64,000 nucleotides of DNA, taken from positions 480,001 to 544,000 of the forward strand of contig CAVXWP010000008.1 of the NCBI GenBank assembly GCA_963765495.1. Reading direction: 5' to 3'. This stretch comes from Blastocatellia bacterium. GTDB taxonomy: Bacteria > Acidobacteriota > Blastocatellia > UBA7656. The notes under the pieces were generated by a model. That model did no database searches and was not told the DNA's origin. It saw nothing but the letters and a program-made list of their open reading frames with translations. Position numbers and translations under genes: made by a program. Each line of letters opens with the position of its first letter. The stretch's first letter is position 1. Of the stretch, positions 10,678 to 20,979 are shown one piece after another.

Positions 10678-11100
10678 ATGTCTGTCATTCTGATCACGCT
10701 GACAGCGGTATTTATTGTAGCGATAGCTTTGCATCTGTATAAACGGAACAAGGAAGCTCAAGCCGTAAAAATGGCCGATAATGAGTACAATATTGCGATA
10801 ACTCTCTGGAACTATGCTCGGTTGATAAAGGGCCAGATTGAAGAGGCCGTTTTAAGAGGGTCGGGTGTAATAGATTTTTCAAAAATCGCTGTCCCCCATA
10901 GTCAGGGCTACAAGGTGTCGCTTGAGCTGATCGGCAACACTTTCCGAGTGTACGCGGTTCCGGTCAAATACAGCAAAACAGGGCGACTCTCTTTTTATAC
11001 GGACCAAACCCTGACAGTCAGGGCGTCCGATCATGCAGGTGAGCGAGCGACGGTCCAGGATTTGGAGTACGCCGGGACTCAGGGTGCAAAATCAGCATAG
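10678..11100 (+). CDS. Membrane-anchored protein with a pilin-like C-terminal beta domain
   Basis: N-terminal TM. FRVYAVPVKYSKTGRLSFYTDQT resembles C-termini of acidobacterial pilin-like proteins. No prepilin cleavage motif. Confidence 0.55.
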   Translation: MSVILITLTAVFIVAIALHLYKRNKEAQAVKMADNEYNIAITLWNYARLIKGQIEEAVLRGSGVIDFSKIAVPHSQGYKVSLELIGNTFRVYAVPVKYSKTGRLSFYTDQTLTVRASDHAGERATVQDLEYAGTQGAKSA

Positions 11101-11145
11101 GGGATTGATTGAGATTTGACCTCATTTGGAAGGAGCACCAGACAG

Positions 11146-11469
11146 GTGGGAAAATACCCGACTGATATTAAAGAATTGTTTTCAGGGTTACCGCAAAGAT
11201 TTCGAAGCGGAAAGACCGACAGACCTCTTATCTATTATTTCTCGATTGACGAAGAGAAATGGAGCGTATCGGTGGGGCCGGAGTCGTGTCAGGTGATCGA
11301 GGGGAAAACCACCGACGAGGCGGATTGTTTCCTCAAAACATCCAGAGAGATGTTCGACAAGACCGTCCGAGGCGATTACACCCCTACGATTATGGATTTC
11401 ATGACAGGCAAGATAAAGACCAATCGCCCCGAACTACTTTTGACCTTCAGGGACATTTTCGGAGATTGA
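11146..11469 (+). CDS. SCP2 sterol/lipid-binding domain protein
   Basis: GTG 11146 after AGGAG. WSVSV...VIEG...ADC...FMTGKIK pattern. Confidence 0.7.
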   Translation: MGKYPTDIKELFSGLPQRFRSGKTDRPLIYYFSIDEEKWSVSVGPESCQVIEGKTTDEADCFLKTSREMFDKTVRGDYTPTIMDFMTGKIKTNRPELLLTFRDIFGD

Positions 11470-11480
11470 GAAACCGGACG

Positions 11481-13352
11481 ATGAGGCTGGGTGGGAATGA
11501 AAACAAAGCTCGACTCGCGATGGCTTTCTTCGTCCTCGCGTTGCTGCTCACCATTGGGCTGAGTCTGGCGCTTTATTCTCAGGCAAGGCAAGACCTGATA
11601 AATGAACGTCTGAAACGGGTCGAGTTAGAAGCCTCGCTCTTATCCACTCTACTTGGCGCAAATCAGGTGGATCGACCCGAAGTGCTGCTATTAGACTTCC
11701 TCCATCGCATCGGTTTTGAGGGTGCGGCAGCGCTCTTTTCAGAAAATGGCGAATTGATCGCCAAAGTCTCCACAATTGACCATGCACCCGAAATAAAATC
11801 TTATTCCTTGTCTCCGACACCCGACCGCGACGGGTCCACGGCTAACAGATATTCCAGTCCTCCCACCGCATCCCGACAGGAAAACGGCACCGACATTGTG
11901 GAGACATCAGTGGCAGGCGGACGTGTGCTGGTGCTGGCTCGCCGGTCTGATGATGATACATCCCCGGTTATATTCTATGTAGCAAGCTACCAGATCGTAG
12001 CCCTCGTTCTTGCCATAGGGCTTGTGTTGCTCATGATTCGATGGCTGCTTAGGCCCTATCATCGGATGGTAGAAGCCGCGCGAGGCAGTCCCGTGCTGGC
12101 GACCTCGACAATGAGCGAAGGTGAATTTGTCGTAGAGACTTTTCAGGCATTGATCGAGCAGTTGCACGACAAAGAACAGGAGCTTGAGCGCCTGCACGCT
12201 CTGGAAAGAAATCGAGCCGACCGAAGCGAGAAATTCAGCGAGCGCCTTGTAGCAAATATCCCGAGCGGTCTTGTTGCAATTGACGCGCGAGGGCTTGTCA
12301 CTTCGGTAAATATGCAGGCAAGCGAAATATTCGGTGTCACTTCCGTCCTTGGAGTTAGATATAACAAGGAGACAGGCAGTGGCGCGCTGCGGTCGCTTTC
12401 AGTTGACTATCACGCCTTCTTCAGGGCCGCGCCTCGTATGATCGAGATGATTTCGCAGTGCCTGGACGAGGGAACATCTTTCCGTCGAGGTGAAGCGGAG
12501 ATTACGGACCCCGACGGTCGGATCCGCCATCTTGGGCTAAGTATTTCTCCTATTGCCTACGGACAACAATCTGTAGAAGGCGCGCTCTGTCTTATGACCG
12601 ATCTGACTGAGGTCATTGAGTTGCGCGAGCGAATGAAGGCCCAGGAAAACCTTGCAAATCTTGGAGAGATGGCAGCCGGCCTCGCCCACGAGTTCAAGAA
12701 TTCGCTCGCCACTATTCAAGGATATGTCCAGTTGATTCAGGCTCAAACTGTTTCCGATCAATCGGTGGCGGTCTCAACCAGAACTCTCGACGCCACGCTG
12801 AATGAAGTCAGACTTCTTGGAAGACTTGTTACAGATTTTCTAAACTTCGCGAAACCACAACAATTGAACCTTGATCAGGTCAGCCTGGAAGAGATAATCC
12901 GGGAGTCGGTGGCCGAGACACTCCCAATACTCGAGGAGGCTGGTATCAAACTGAGATTGACTGGTGAATTCGCCAGTATACCGGGTGATGAATCTCTTTT
13001 GAGGCGCGCTTTCGTTAATCTAGTCAGGAATGCGGCCGAGGCCATAGACACTCAATCGGCAGACAAATTGATCGAGATAAGCGGTTCGACTGATAAAGGC
13101 ATCGGGCGGAGATTTGCGCACATCCGCGTGAGTGATACGGGTAGCGGTATCTCGCCTCAGGATTTAACGAGGATATTTATCCCCTTTTATACAACAAAGT
13201 CTCGAGGTTACGGGATTGGCCTGGCTATCGTTCAAAAAGTTTTCATAGCACACGGAGGAAGTGTTTCAATAGAACGAAGCGACGGCAATGGAACGATCTT
13301 TTCTTGTAAACTCCCCCTGTCGCACATCCAAAACACTGTGGAAGTTCAGTAA
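11481..13352 (+). CDS. Membrane PAS sensor histidine kinase (NtrB/PilS-like)
   Basis: True start ATG 11481 (the longer ORF overlaps the SCP2 gene). AHEFKNSL, NLVRNAAEA, DTGSG, FIPFYTTK, GIGLA. Confidence 0.9.
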   Translation: MRLGGNENKARLAMAFFVLALLLTIGLSLALYSQARQDLINERLKRVELEASLLSTLLGANQVDRPEVLLLDFLHRIGFEGAAALFSENGELIAKVSTIDHAPEIKSYSLSPTPDRDGSTANRYSSPPTASRQENGTDIVETSVAGGRVLVLARRSDDDTSPVIFYVASYQIVALVLAIGLVLLMIRWLLRPYHRMVEAARGSPVLATSTMSEGEFVVETFQALIEQLHDKEQELERLHALERNRADRSEKFSERLVANIPSGLVAIDARGLVTSVNMQASEIFGVTSVLGVRYNKETGSGALRSLSVDYHAFFRAAPRMIEMISQCLDEGTSFRRGEAEITDPDGRIRHLGLSISPIAYGQQSVEGALCLMTDLTEVIELRERMKAQENLANLGEMAAGLAHEFKNSLATIQGYVQLIQAQTVSDQSVAVSTRTLDATLNEVRLLGRLVTDFLNFAKPQQLNLDQVSLEEIIRESVAETLPILEEAGIKLRLTGEFASIPGDESLLRRAFVNLVRNAAEAIDTQSADKLIEISGSTDKGIGRRFAHIRVSDTGSGISPQDLTRIFIPFYTTKSRGYGIGLAIVQKVFIAHGGSVSIERSDGNGTIFSCKLPLSHIQNTVEVQ

Positions 13353-13458
13353 CAGGCCGTAGATGAAAGTAACAGAATCTATCCCCCTCAAGTTTTTGTA
13401 ATTCCATCCTTTCGTTACAACTCTTATGATCAGGAGGTTTATATTTTCTCATCAATAT

Positions 13459-13473
13459 TGGCAGGGGACTTGC
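13459..13473 (+). promoter_or_regulatory. Sigma-54 (-24/-12) promoter
   Basis: TGGCAGGGGACTTGC has exact GG-N10-GC spacing, about 50 bp upstream of the pilin-like gene. Confidence 0.7.
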
Positions 13474-13521
13474 TTTAATAGGGGTGTTTCTTTTCGGCCT
13501 GCTCCCTGACTGGAGGATAAA

Positions 13522-13986
13522 TTGCGAGATCTATTCGAGCCAAAGGATCATACTCGAAATCAGAACGGCCTCGGCATTATGGAGGTCATAGTAGGAGTTC
13601 TGGTTACCTTGATCGTGTGCTCGATCGGGCTTCACCTCTTAAAGATTGGATACGAACTATATAAACTCAACTGGACTACGAGGGTTGTGGCTGAAAAGCT
13701 TGGCGTTGCCAGAGAACTGGCTCTTGGACAGAATCAGAGCTACACAGTGCTATTCGACAGCGTAAAGGGGCGATATGGCCTGGATCACAACTGCAATGGA
13801 AGGCTTGACAGCATTGAAGCGGAAGATTTGCCCACAGGCATTACTCTTTCAGAAGATACGAGCATAACCTTTTCGCGTACGGGCAGGCTCGTAAAAGGTT
13901 CTGAGGAACCAAAGATCATAATCAGCAATACCAGGAAATCACGCACTGTCAGCGTATCATCGCTTGGTGCAATTGATATTGAATAG
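13522..13986 (+). CDS. FimT/GspH-like type IV pilin or pseudopilin
   Basis: Prepilin-like NQNG|LGIMEVIVGV (G-1, E+5), hydrophobic helix, ITFSRTG and VSVSSLGAI C-terminal motifs. Confidence 0.75.
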   Translation: MRDLFEPKDHTRNQNGLGIMEVIVGVLVTLIVCSIGLHLLKIGYELYKLNWTTRVVAEKLGVARELALGQNQSYTVLFDSVKGRYGLDHNCNGRLDSIEAEDLPTGITLSEDTSITFSRTGRLVKGSEEPKIIISNTRKSRTVSVSSLGAIDIE

Positions 13987-14030
13987 TCTGTCGCTAGACT
14001 GCATGGATCAGGCCGGAGTTGTCTGATCCC

Positions 14031-14065
14031 CGCGAGCGGGAAAAATTCCCGCTCGCGATTTTTTT
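14031..14065 (+). terminator. Intrinsic terminator
   Basis: CGCGAGCGGGAA-AAA-TTCCCGCTCGCG followed by A and T7. Confidence 0.85.
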
Positions 14066-14116
14066 CGGTTGACTTTATACCTACCGAGTTTTCCCTCCTT
14101 CAATCTCACTGTTAGA

Positions 14117-14635
14117 ATGTCAGAGTCGGAAGTGGCGCTCAAGGACCAGGAGGCACAGATTACCATCGAAGAAAGAATCGAACCTGTTGACAAGGGTCTG
14201 GACAGGATTAGCAATATCCTTGATCAGGCGATAAGAATCCCCGGTACAAACATCAGAATCGGGCTTGATCCAATAATCGGATTTATCGCCCCTTTTGCCG
14301 GGGACTCTATAACTGCTTTGATGTCCGTTTACATTGTGATTGCTTCGATACGATACGGCCTGCCAAAAGGAGTCATAGCTCGAATGGTTTTCAATATCGG
14401 AGTCGATTACGCCCTGGGCAGTATTCCTGTCATCGGGGACATTTTTGATTTCGCCTGGAAGGCCAATACGATGAACATGAAGCTCCTGAACAAATATGGC
14501 TCCGGCGATAGACGATCAAGCTGGAGCGACTGGGCGTGGTTATTCATACTTCTTGGCGCGCTGGGAGCGCTCATCTTTGGGCTGGTGGCAATAACGATCT
14601 ATGCCATTCACGCCGTAGGAATGAAATTTATTTAA
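14117..14635 (+). CDS. DUF4112 family membrane protein
   Basis: IRIPGTNIRIGLDPIIG, GD, IGDIFDFAWKAN motifs. Start ATG 14117. Confidence 0.88.
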   Translation: MSESEVALKDQEAQITIEERIEPVDKGLDRISNILDQAIRIPGTNIRIGLDPIIGFIAPFAGDSITALMSVYIVIASIRYGLPKGVIARMVFNIGVDYALGSIPVIGDIFDFAWKANTMNMKLLNKYGSGDRRSSWSDWAWLFILLGALGALIFGLVAITIYAIHAVGMKFI

Positions 14636-14713
14636 GGAATAGAAGGTCACCTGTGACGCCTAACAACTCGCCACAGATTTAGGCGTTACATGATCTTTTG
14701 AAAGGCGAATTGA

Positions 14714-16081
14714 ATGTGCGATACGATGGTCGCAACAGGTGAGGTCACTACTGACGGTGCGGTCTGGTTTGGAAAGAACAGCGACCGTGAGCCGGGCGAG
14801 GCCCAGGTTGTTGATCATCTCCCGCGAGTTACAAACAGAGGCGCTGAACCGCTTCGCTGCACTCATATTGAAATTGATCAGGTCAAGGAAACAAATGAGG
14901 TTTTACTCAGTCGCCCCTTCTGGATGTGGGGCGCTGAGATGGGGGTAAACGAGCACGGCGTAGCTATCGGGAACGAAGCCGTTTTCACGCGATTGCCAGT
15001 GGCAAAGTCGGGTCTAACGGGGATGGACCTGTTGCGTCTCGCGCTTGAGCGCGCCACCTCCGCTCAGGAAGCACTCACAACAATAACACGATTGCTTGGT
15101 GAACACGGTCAGGGTGGGAGTTGCGGGTTTCGCCCCAAAGGATTTCGATACCACAATTCTTACATCATAGCCGACCCTAAAGAGGCATGGGTCCTTGAAA
15201 CCGCAGACAGATTCTGGGCAGCCGAGCGAGTAATCGGGGTTCGAACAATATCAAACGCGTTATCAATCGGCAAAAACTTCGATATGATTTCGCCCAATGC
15301 ATACCCGTTCGCGCGTAGCCGAAACTGGTGCAAATCAACCGAAGACTTTGACTTTGCCCGATGCTTTGGCGACCCTTTTTACAAGGCGCTGAGTGGCGCT
15401 GCTAAAAGAAGCTATTGCACTTTGAAGAAGCTAACTTCGGGGAAAGCCCTCATAGGTCGGGATGACTTTATCGCCGCCCTTCGTGACCACTCCGGCACTC
15501 CTCCCGCAAGAGGATGGAGAATGCAGATGCCCTGTTCGCACGCCTCCTGGTGGCCTGCCAGGACCTCCGGCCAGACTACGGGTTCCATGATCAGTCGGCT
15601 TTCCTCGGACGGCTCGGCCTCCTGGCTTACAGGCACATCTTCACCGTGTTTGAGCATCTTTAAGCCGGTAAGACTCGGGGGCGAGGTCTTTTCTTCGGGT
15701 CCGAGGCCCTCGGACGGGTATGATCCCGATAGCCTGTTCTGGCGTCACGAGCGATTGCATCGCCTGATAGTTCGCGATTATCAGCGACTCAAGCCTTTTA
15801 TTGAAGCTGAAAGGGCCAGCCTCGAAGTAAGTATCCTTAAAGACAGGTATACCATGCCGGAGCAAGCATTTGTTGAATCCGCCTGGAATGAACATCGGGA
15901 GGTTCTACAGGAGTGGATAAAGAGAGTCGAATCAGAGGCGATTCGAAATCGAGGGGTGTCTCTGTTTAATCGGTTCTGGGCCGCACAGGATAAAATTGAT
16001 CGTATTCCTCAACACGTTCGATTTAAGAAGGAAGGCAAAGACAAAATAGGCGGTTCGAGGGAACTTACCATGCGAGAATGA
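14714..16081 (+). CDS. Peptidase C69 / secernin-like dipeptidase (Ntn hydrolase)
   Basis: N-terminal MCDT, FGKNSDREPGEAQ, WMWGAEMGVNEHGVAIGNEAV, GMDLLRLALER. Confidence 0.9.
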   Translation: MCDTMVATGEVTTDGAVWFGKNSDREPGEAQVVDHLPRVTNRGAEPLRCTHIEIDQVKETNEVLLSRPFWMWGAEMGVNEHGVAIGNEAVFTRLPVAKSGLTGMDLLRLALERATSAQEALTTITRLLGEHGQGGSCGFRPKGFRYHNSYIIADPKEAWVLETADRFWAAERVIGVRTISNALSIGKNFDMISPNAYPFARSRNWCKSTEDFDFARCFGDPFYKALSGAAKRSYCTLKKLTSGKALIGRDDFIAALRDHSGTPPARGWRMQMPCSHASWWPARTSGQTTGSMISRLSSDGSASWLTGTSSPCLSIFKPVRLGGEVFSSGPRPSDGYDPDSLFWRHERLHRLIVRDYQRLKPFIEAERASLEVSILKDRYTMPEQAFVESAWNEHREVLQEWIKRVESEAIRNRGVSLFNRFWAAQDKIDRIPQHVRFKKEGKDKIGGSRELTMRE

Positions 16082-16102
16082 AGCGGTGATTTCCTGCCCA
16101 GG

Positions 16103-17764
16103 TCAAACCTCGATAACAACAGGAATGATCATAGGGCGGCGGCCTGTATTCTTTTGTATATATCGCTTCAGCGCGACTCTTATCTTCTCCTTGATAACCG
16201 CCCAATCGATTCGCTCTTCGTGACTCGCCGTATTGATAGTCTCTTCGATAAGTTGCTTGAGCTCTTCAAGCAGGCCGGTGGGGTCTTCTTCGTGTATGAA
16301 ACCACGAGTCACAATTTCAGGGTCGGATTCGATTTCGCCTGATGTAGGATTTATTGCTACTATCGGAACCACGATCCCATCATAGGACAGGTGCTTTCGG
16401 TCACGAATAACCATGTCTTCGACTTCACCGTATGTGCCGTCTATCAATGTCCGGCCAACAAATTCCTTGGCCGTAACCCGTGCGGAGGTCTCATCGAGTT
16501 CAAGCACATCGCCGTTTTCTATGATGATGATATTTCGGGGCTCAACTATACCGAGTGTGCTCGCCCATTCCCTGTGGCGATAGAGCTGCCGGTACTCGCC
16601 GTGGATTGGAACAAGAAATTTCGGCCTTACGGCTTCGATCAGTATCTTCAGATCTTCCTGACTCCCATGCCCCGAACAATGTATTCGCGCGACAGAGCTG
16701 TCAATCACGCGGGCGCTCTTCTTGTAACAATGTGAGATGAGCCGGGAAATTGATCGCTCGTTGCCAGGTATATTTCGGGCAGATAAGACCACAAGATCGC
16801 CTTCCCCGACTGAAAGATTCTTGTGCTGGTCGGTTGCGAGTCTTGCCATCGCGGACCTCGGCTCACCCTGGCATCCGCTGGCAAGCAGCACAAGCTGGTC
16901 ATCATCCATCTGCCGGGCCTGAGCGGGTGTGACAAAGATGCCGTCCGGCACATCGAGTTGTCGAAGACTATCGGCAGTCTCGACATTTCTCAGCATGCTC
17001 CGACCCAGCAACGCAACATTGCGCCCGAACTCCTGAGCCAGATCCAGAACTATCTGTATTCGATGGACCGACGATGTAAAGCAACTCACGATGATGCGCC
17101 CGGTCGCTTCTTCAAAAATAGTTTCAAACGCCGGGATTACAGCGCGCTCGGAAAGCGTGCGTCCGGGACGCTCCGCGTTTGTCGAATCTGCGAGAAGCGC
17201 AAGAACTCCGTTATCGCCGTATTCGGATAATCGCTTCAGATCTATGGATGGCCCGACAACGGGTGTATCGTCTACCTTGAAATCTCCCGAATGTATCACT
17301 ATTCCAACCGGCGTTGTAATGGCCACGGCCGTGCAGGATGTGAGGCTGTGCGAGACGTGAATCCATTCGATTTCGAAATCTCCGACACTGACCGTATCCC
17401 CCGGCTCTATTGAATGAAGTTCGGCTATATCGGATAACCCGTGTTCAACCAGTTTGTTTCCGAGAAAGGCAAGAGTGAGATGTGTCCCGTAAACAGGGAC
17501 GTCAACGGCTTTCAACAGAAAAGGGACCGCGCCTATATGGTCCTCGTGGCCGTGGGTCAAAATGATAGCCGAAATTTCATCAATGTATTCTTCAATAAAA
17601 GAAAAATCAGGTATGACGATGTCAACACCGGGCATATCTTCTTCGGGAAATCCCATCCCCGCGTCAAGAATGATCGACGTGCCGCCGTAGCGTATGGCCA
17701 TCATATTCATACCAAATTGGCCTACCCCACCAAGCGGTATTATCTCCAGTTTGTCTGATTCCAT
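16103..17764 (-). CDS. rnj: Ribonuclease J
   Basis: [48 protein letters not shown]. Confidence 0.96.
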   Translation of the reverse strand: MESDKLEIIPLGGVGQFGMNMMAIRYGGTSIILDAGMGFPEEDMPGVDIVIPDFSFIEEYIDEISAIILTHGHEDHIGAVPFLLKAVDVPVYGTHLTLAFLGNKLVEHGLSDIAELHSIEPGDTVSVGDFEIEWIHVSHSLTSCTAVAITTPVGIVIHSGDFKVDDTPVVGPSIDLKRLSEYGDNGVLALLADSTNAERPGRTLSERAVIPAFETIFEEATGRIIVSCFTSSVHRIQIVLDLAQEFGRNVALLGRSMLRNVETADSLRQLDVPDGIFVTPAQARQMDDDQLVLLASGCQGEPRSAMARLATDQHKNLSVGEGDLVVLSARNIPGNERSISRLISHCYKKSARVIDSSVARIHCSGHGSQEDLKILIEAVRPKFLVPIHGEYRQLYRHREWASTLGIVEPRNIIIIENGDVLELDETSARVTAKEFVGRTLIDGTYGEVEDMVIRDRKHLSYDGIVVPIVAINPTSGEIESDPEIVTRGFIHEEDPTGLLEELKQLIEETINTASHEERIDWAVIKEKIRVALKRYIQKNTGRRPMIIPVVIEV

Positions 17765-17819
17765 ATTTATTCTCTATCAGAGATGGTCCCGTGAGGACCG
17801 CAATGATTGATTATAGCAG

Positions 17820-18701
17820 TCAAGCGTCATTGACTGAACCTGTATTCTCATTATCAAAGAGAGCATGGTACAGGGCTCCGAACTCTTCCAGCGACAAAGT
17901 TTCGGCTCGACGGCGCGGATCAATTCCTGACCCGGTGAGCGATTCTTCTATCCCCTGCCTGATTCCCAACCTCGAAGCCGAGGCTTTCAGGTTGTTCTGG
18001 ATCGTCTTCCTTCTTTGTGCAAAAGCAGCTCCTACGAGTTGAAAAAAATGCTGATGATCCTCCAATTTGAGAACGGGTTCATTGCGGAGCGTCAGCCTGA
18101 GCACCGAGGACCAGACCCCGGGCACGGGTTTGAAAGCCGAAGGAGGGACATCAAATAGCTTGCTCGCTTCGCAGTAAAATTGAACGAAGACTGACATGTA
18201 GCCGTAGTCGCGACTCCCCGGCTCACTGATGATCCGATCTACAACCTCCCTTTGAAGCATCAAGGTCATATCGAAAATATCGTCGTGTGCCCCAAGAAGC
18301 CTTTCCAGAATCGGTGTCGAGATATAATAAGGAAGGTTAGCGACAACGCGCACACGCGGTTCTTCTTCTTTATCACTCAACCGTTGCTTATAACGGAGCA
18401 ACGCATCAGAGATCACCTCTCGCCATTCGATTTCGAGAGCATCGGCCCTGATCAAATCTATATTCAAACCGATGTTTGAGTCTGCGATAATCTCGCGAAG
18501 ATGCTCGATCAATCTTTCGTCGATCTCGATGGCGACGAGATACCCGCAGCGCGTTACTAGCTTTTGCGTAAGCGCGCCCTGACCAGGCCCAATCTCGATG
18601 ATGATGTCGTTTGTTCTCGGAGATACAGTCTCGATGATTCGACCTACGATTCGCTCGTCAGTCAGAAAATTCTGCCCCAGGCTTTTTCTCGCTCTAATCA
18701 A
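17820..18701 (-). CDS. rsmA: 16S rRNA dimethyladenosine transferase
   Basis: KSLGQNFL, EIGPGQG, ANLPYYIS, AFAQRRKT, RAETLS. Confidence 0.96.
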   Translation of the reverse strand: MIRARKSLGQNFLTDERIVGRIIETVSPRTNDIIIEIGPGQGALTQKLVTRCGYLVAIEIDERLIEHLREIIADSNIGLNIDLIRADALEIEWREVISDALLRYKQRLSDKEEEPRVRVVANLPYYISTPILERLLGAHDDIFDMTLMLQREVVDRIISEPGSRDYGYMSVFVQFYCEASKLFDVPPSAFKPVPGVWSSVLRLTLRNEPVLKLEDHQHFFQLVGAAFAQRRKTIQNNLKASASRLGIRQGIEESLTGSGIDPRRRAETLSLEEFGALYHALFDNENTGSVNDA

Positions 18702-19714
18702 ATCGCTTCCGGTTCGGCCTTTCGAAGATAGCCGGTTACTTCAATCCTGCCGCCAGATGGTGACACGTTCAGATCAGTAGTTTCAAAATCAAATCCGCAT
18801 TTTGAGATGGAGGCATCGAGTCTTGCGCGCGCCTCTGTGGAGATCACAAACGTTACTTTATCGAACCGTGAGAGATCGCGATCAAGCGATGTGTCAACGG
18901 GATCAAAAAGCACAAGACAGCCTGTTACATCAAATTTCGCAAGCGCAAAGGCGATTGTTGAAAACTCGGATTCGACAGGCAGGGTTTTGTTGTCGTGTGT
19001 CAGAAGTATGAGAGATTTATCCGACACTTGATGGTTTAGATTGAAGGCTCCGGCTTGTTTGATCGCTTCCATCGAACCGATGAGGATCGGACGCCTCTGG
19101 CGCTTATGCCTTAACGCCCTCTCAAGAAAGAGGGGGCTAATCGCTGATGTTGTGTTCAACATCAATGCGTCATAATCATCGGTCAGGTCGAGGAGTTGAT
19201 TTGAGGGGTTCCAATCTTCCAGCGCAGCGGAGGCCTGTCTGTCGAAACAGATGACAGAGTGAAGAAAAGCCCGCCCGGTTTTTATGAATGTAAGATAGCA
19301 TTCGTTGAGCCTGAGAGCTTCGAGCGCGCATAGTCCAAGATCAACTCTGATGCTTGCCTCTCTCAATCGTTTTATACCCTGACCATTTACACGCGGGTTT
19401 GGGTCCGGGATGGCGATCACAGCCCGCGAGATGCCTGCGCGTATGAGGGCATCCGTACAGGGAGGAGTCCGGCCCTGATGTGAACAGGGTTCGAGACAGC
19501 AATAGAGTGTTGCCCCCTGTGCCTTCTCACCCGCCATTTCGATAGCAACCGTCTCGGCGTGTTTGAGGTTTGCATATAGATGGAAACCTTCCCCTATCAC
19601 CTGACCGTCTTTGACAAGCACTGCTCCCACCATAGGGTTAGGGCTGACAAGCCCTCTCCCGAGCCGGGCAAGTTCCAGCGCTCTCTCCATAAATATCATG
19701 TCATCGTCCGGCAT
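18698..19714 (-). CDS. ribD: RibD pyrimidine deaminase with a divergent C-terminal domain
   Basis: PNPMVGAV, HAE, LEPCSHQGRTPPC, DPNPRVNG. Reductase motifs not recognisable. Confidence 0.82.
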   Translation of the reverse strand: MPDDDMIFMERALELARLGRGLVSPNPMVGAVLVKDGQVIGEGFHLYANLKHAETVAIEMAGEKAQGATLYCCLEPCSHQGRTPPCTDALIRAGISRAVIAIPDPNPRVNGQGIKRLREASIRVDLGLCALEALRLNECYLTFIKTGRAFLHSVICFDRQASAALEDWNPSNQLLDLTDDYDALMLNTTSAISPLFLERALRHKRQRRPILIGSMEAIKQAGAFNLNHQVSDKSLILLTHDNKTLPVESEFSTIAFALAKFDVTGCLVLFDPVDTSLDRDLSRFDKVTFVISTEARARLDASISKCGFDFETTDLNVSPSGGRIEVTGYLRKAEPEAI

Positions 19715-19732
19715 TAAATGTGGTTATAGTCC

Positions 19733-20806
19733 TCAAGCATTCGAAAGTGCTTTGCCTGGAATCGGGTAATCTTCGAGAGAGAAGGTTCCAAGCTTTAGTG
19801 AGGGCATGCCCGTCAACCCAAAACCGTGATTCTCGCCTCGGACGAGTTTTGGGTAGCCGGCCGCCGCTATCATCGCCGCGTTATCCGTGGTCAGAACCAC
19901 ACCGGGGTAATAGACGGGCGCACCCAGATCTGCTGCCTTCACCTCGGCCCGCAGGGCGCTATTACATGCCACTCCACCAGCCAGGATAATAGTACGCGGG
20001 CGATAACGCAGGCTCGCTTCCTTGAGTCGCATCATCAGAGATCTGATCACCTTATCCTGAAAACTGGCGGCAAGGTCCAGCACAAGACGCCCCGGATCGT
20101 TTGCGTCTTCGACGGGCTTTATTCCCTGCTCTCTCACAAACCGCAGGACGGATGTCTTTAATCCGCTGAAGCTAAAATCCAGACTTGGCGGGTCCATCCT
20201 CGGTATTGTGAATACGAGTTCAGCCCCTGACGGATCACCAAGCCCCGCCAGCCTGTCAATCACAGGCCCTCCCGGATACCCCAGACCCAGGAGTTTTGAA
20301 ACCTTGTCATAGGCTTCACCCGCTGCATCATCGCGAGTCCTCCCAATGACGGCGTAGCTCTCCTGCTCGGGAATAAGAAACAGGGTGGTGTGGCCGCCTG
20401 AAACCACAAGCGCGACGGCAGGATACTCAACCGGGGGATTTTCGAAGACCACGGAATAAATGTGCCCCTCGATATGATTTATCCCGACCAGTGGTTTCCC
20501 GGAAACTAGAGAGAGTGACTTGGCGAAACTCAGCCCCACAAGAAGCGACCCAATCAGACCGGGGCCTCTTGTCACTGCTATCCCGCCTATCTCTTCGAGT
20601 GATATATGTGCTTCATTGAGTGCTGCCTCTACGACCGAACCGATCTGATCCAGGTGCTCACGTGAAGCCAGCTCCGGCACGACTCCTCCAAAAGGAGCGT
20701 GTGTCTTGATTTGGGAGGAGATGATATTTGATCGGATAAACCTCCCCTCCTCAATGACGGCGGCGGCGGTCTCATCGCAAGAGCTTTCTATACCAAGCAC
20801 AAACAT
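19733..20806 (-). CDS. tsaD: tRNA threonylcarbamoyltransferase TsaD
   Basis: [54 protein letters not shown]. Confidence 0.97.
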   Translation of the reverse strand: MFVLGIESSCDETAAAVIEEGRFIRSNIISSQIKTHAPFGGVVPELASREHLDQIGSVVEAALNEAHISLEEIGGIAVTRGPGLIGSLLVGLSFAKSLSLVSGKPLVGINHIEGHIYSVVFENPPVEYPAVALVVSGGHTTLFLIPEQESYAVIGRTRDDAAGEAYDKVSKLLGLGYPGGPVIDRLAGLGDPSGAELVFTIPRMDPPSLDFSFSGLKTSVLRFVREQGIKPVEDANDPGRLVLDLAASFQDKVIRSLMMRLKEASLRYRPRTIILAGGVACNSALRAEVKAADLGAPVYYPGVVLTTDNAAMIAAAGYPKLVRGENHGFGLTGMPSLKLGTFSLEDYPIPGKALSNA

Positions 20807-20979
20807 TCAAATTCATTCTACACGACGAGCGACAAACATCGAAGTCCGGCAGGCAGTAACACTCCAACCTTTCTTTATCCCTCGGCAGCCGCTTATAATC
20901 TTGGCCCTGATGTTTAATAGGCCACAAGAATTGGTTCTCTGTCGTTGAGGATCAAAACAGGCGCGAGAGGAGTCATCAA

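Noticed and set aside
11259-11480. N-terminal extension of the 697-aa kinase ORF
   Set aside because: It overlaps the SCP2 gene in another frame; ATG 11481 directly precedes the first TM helix.
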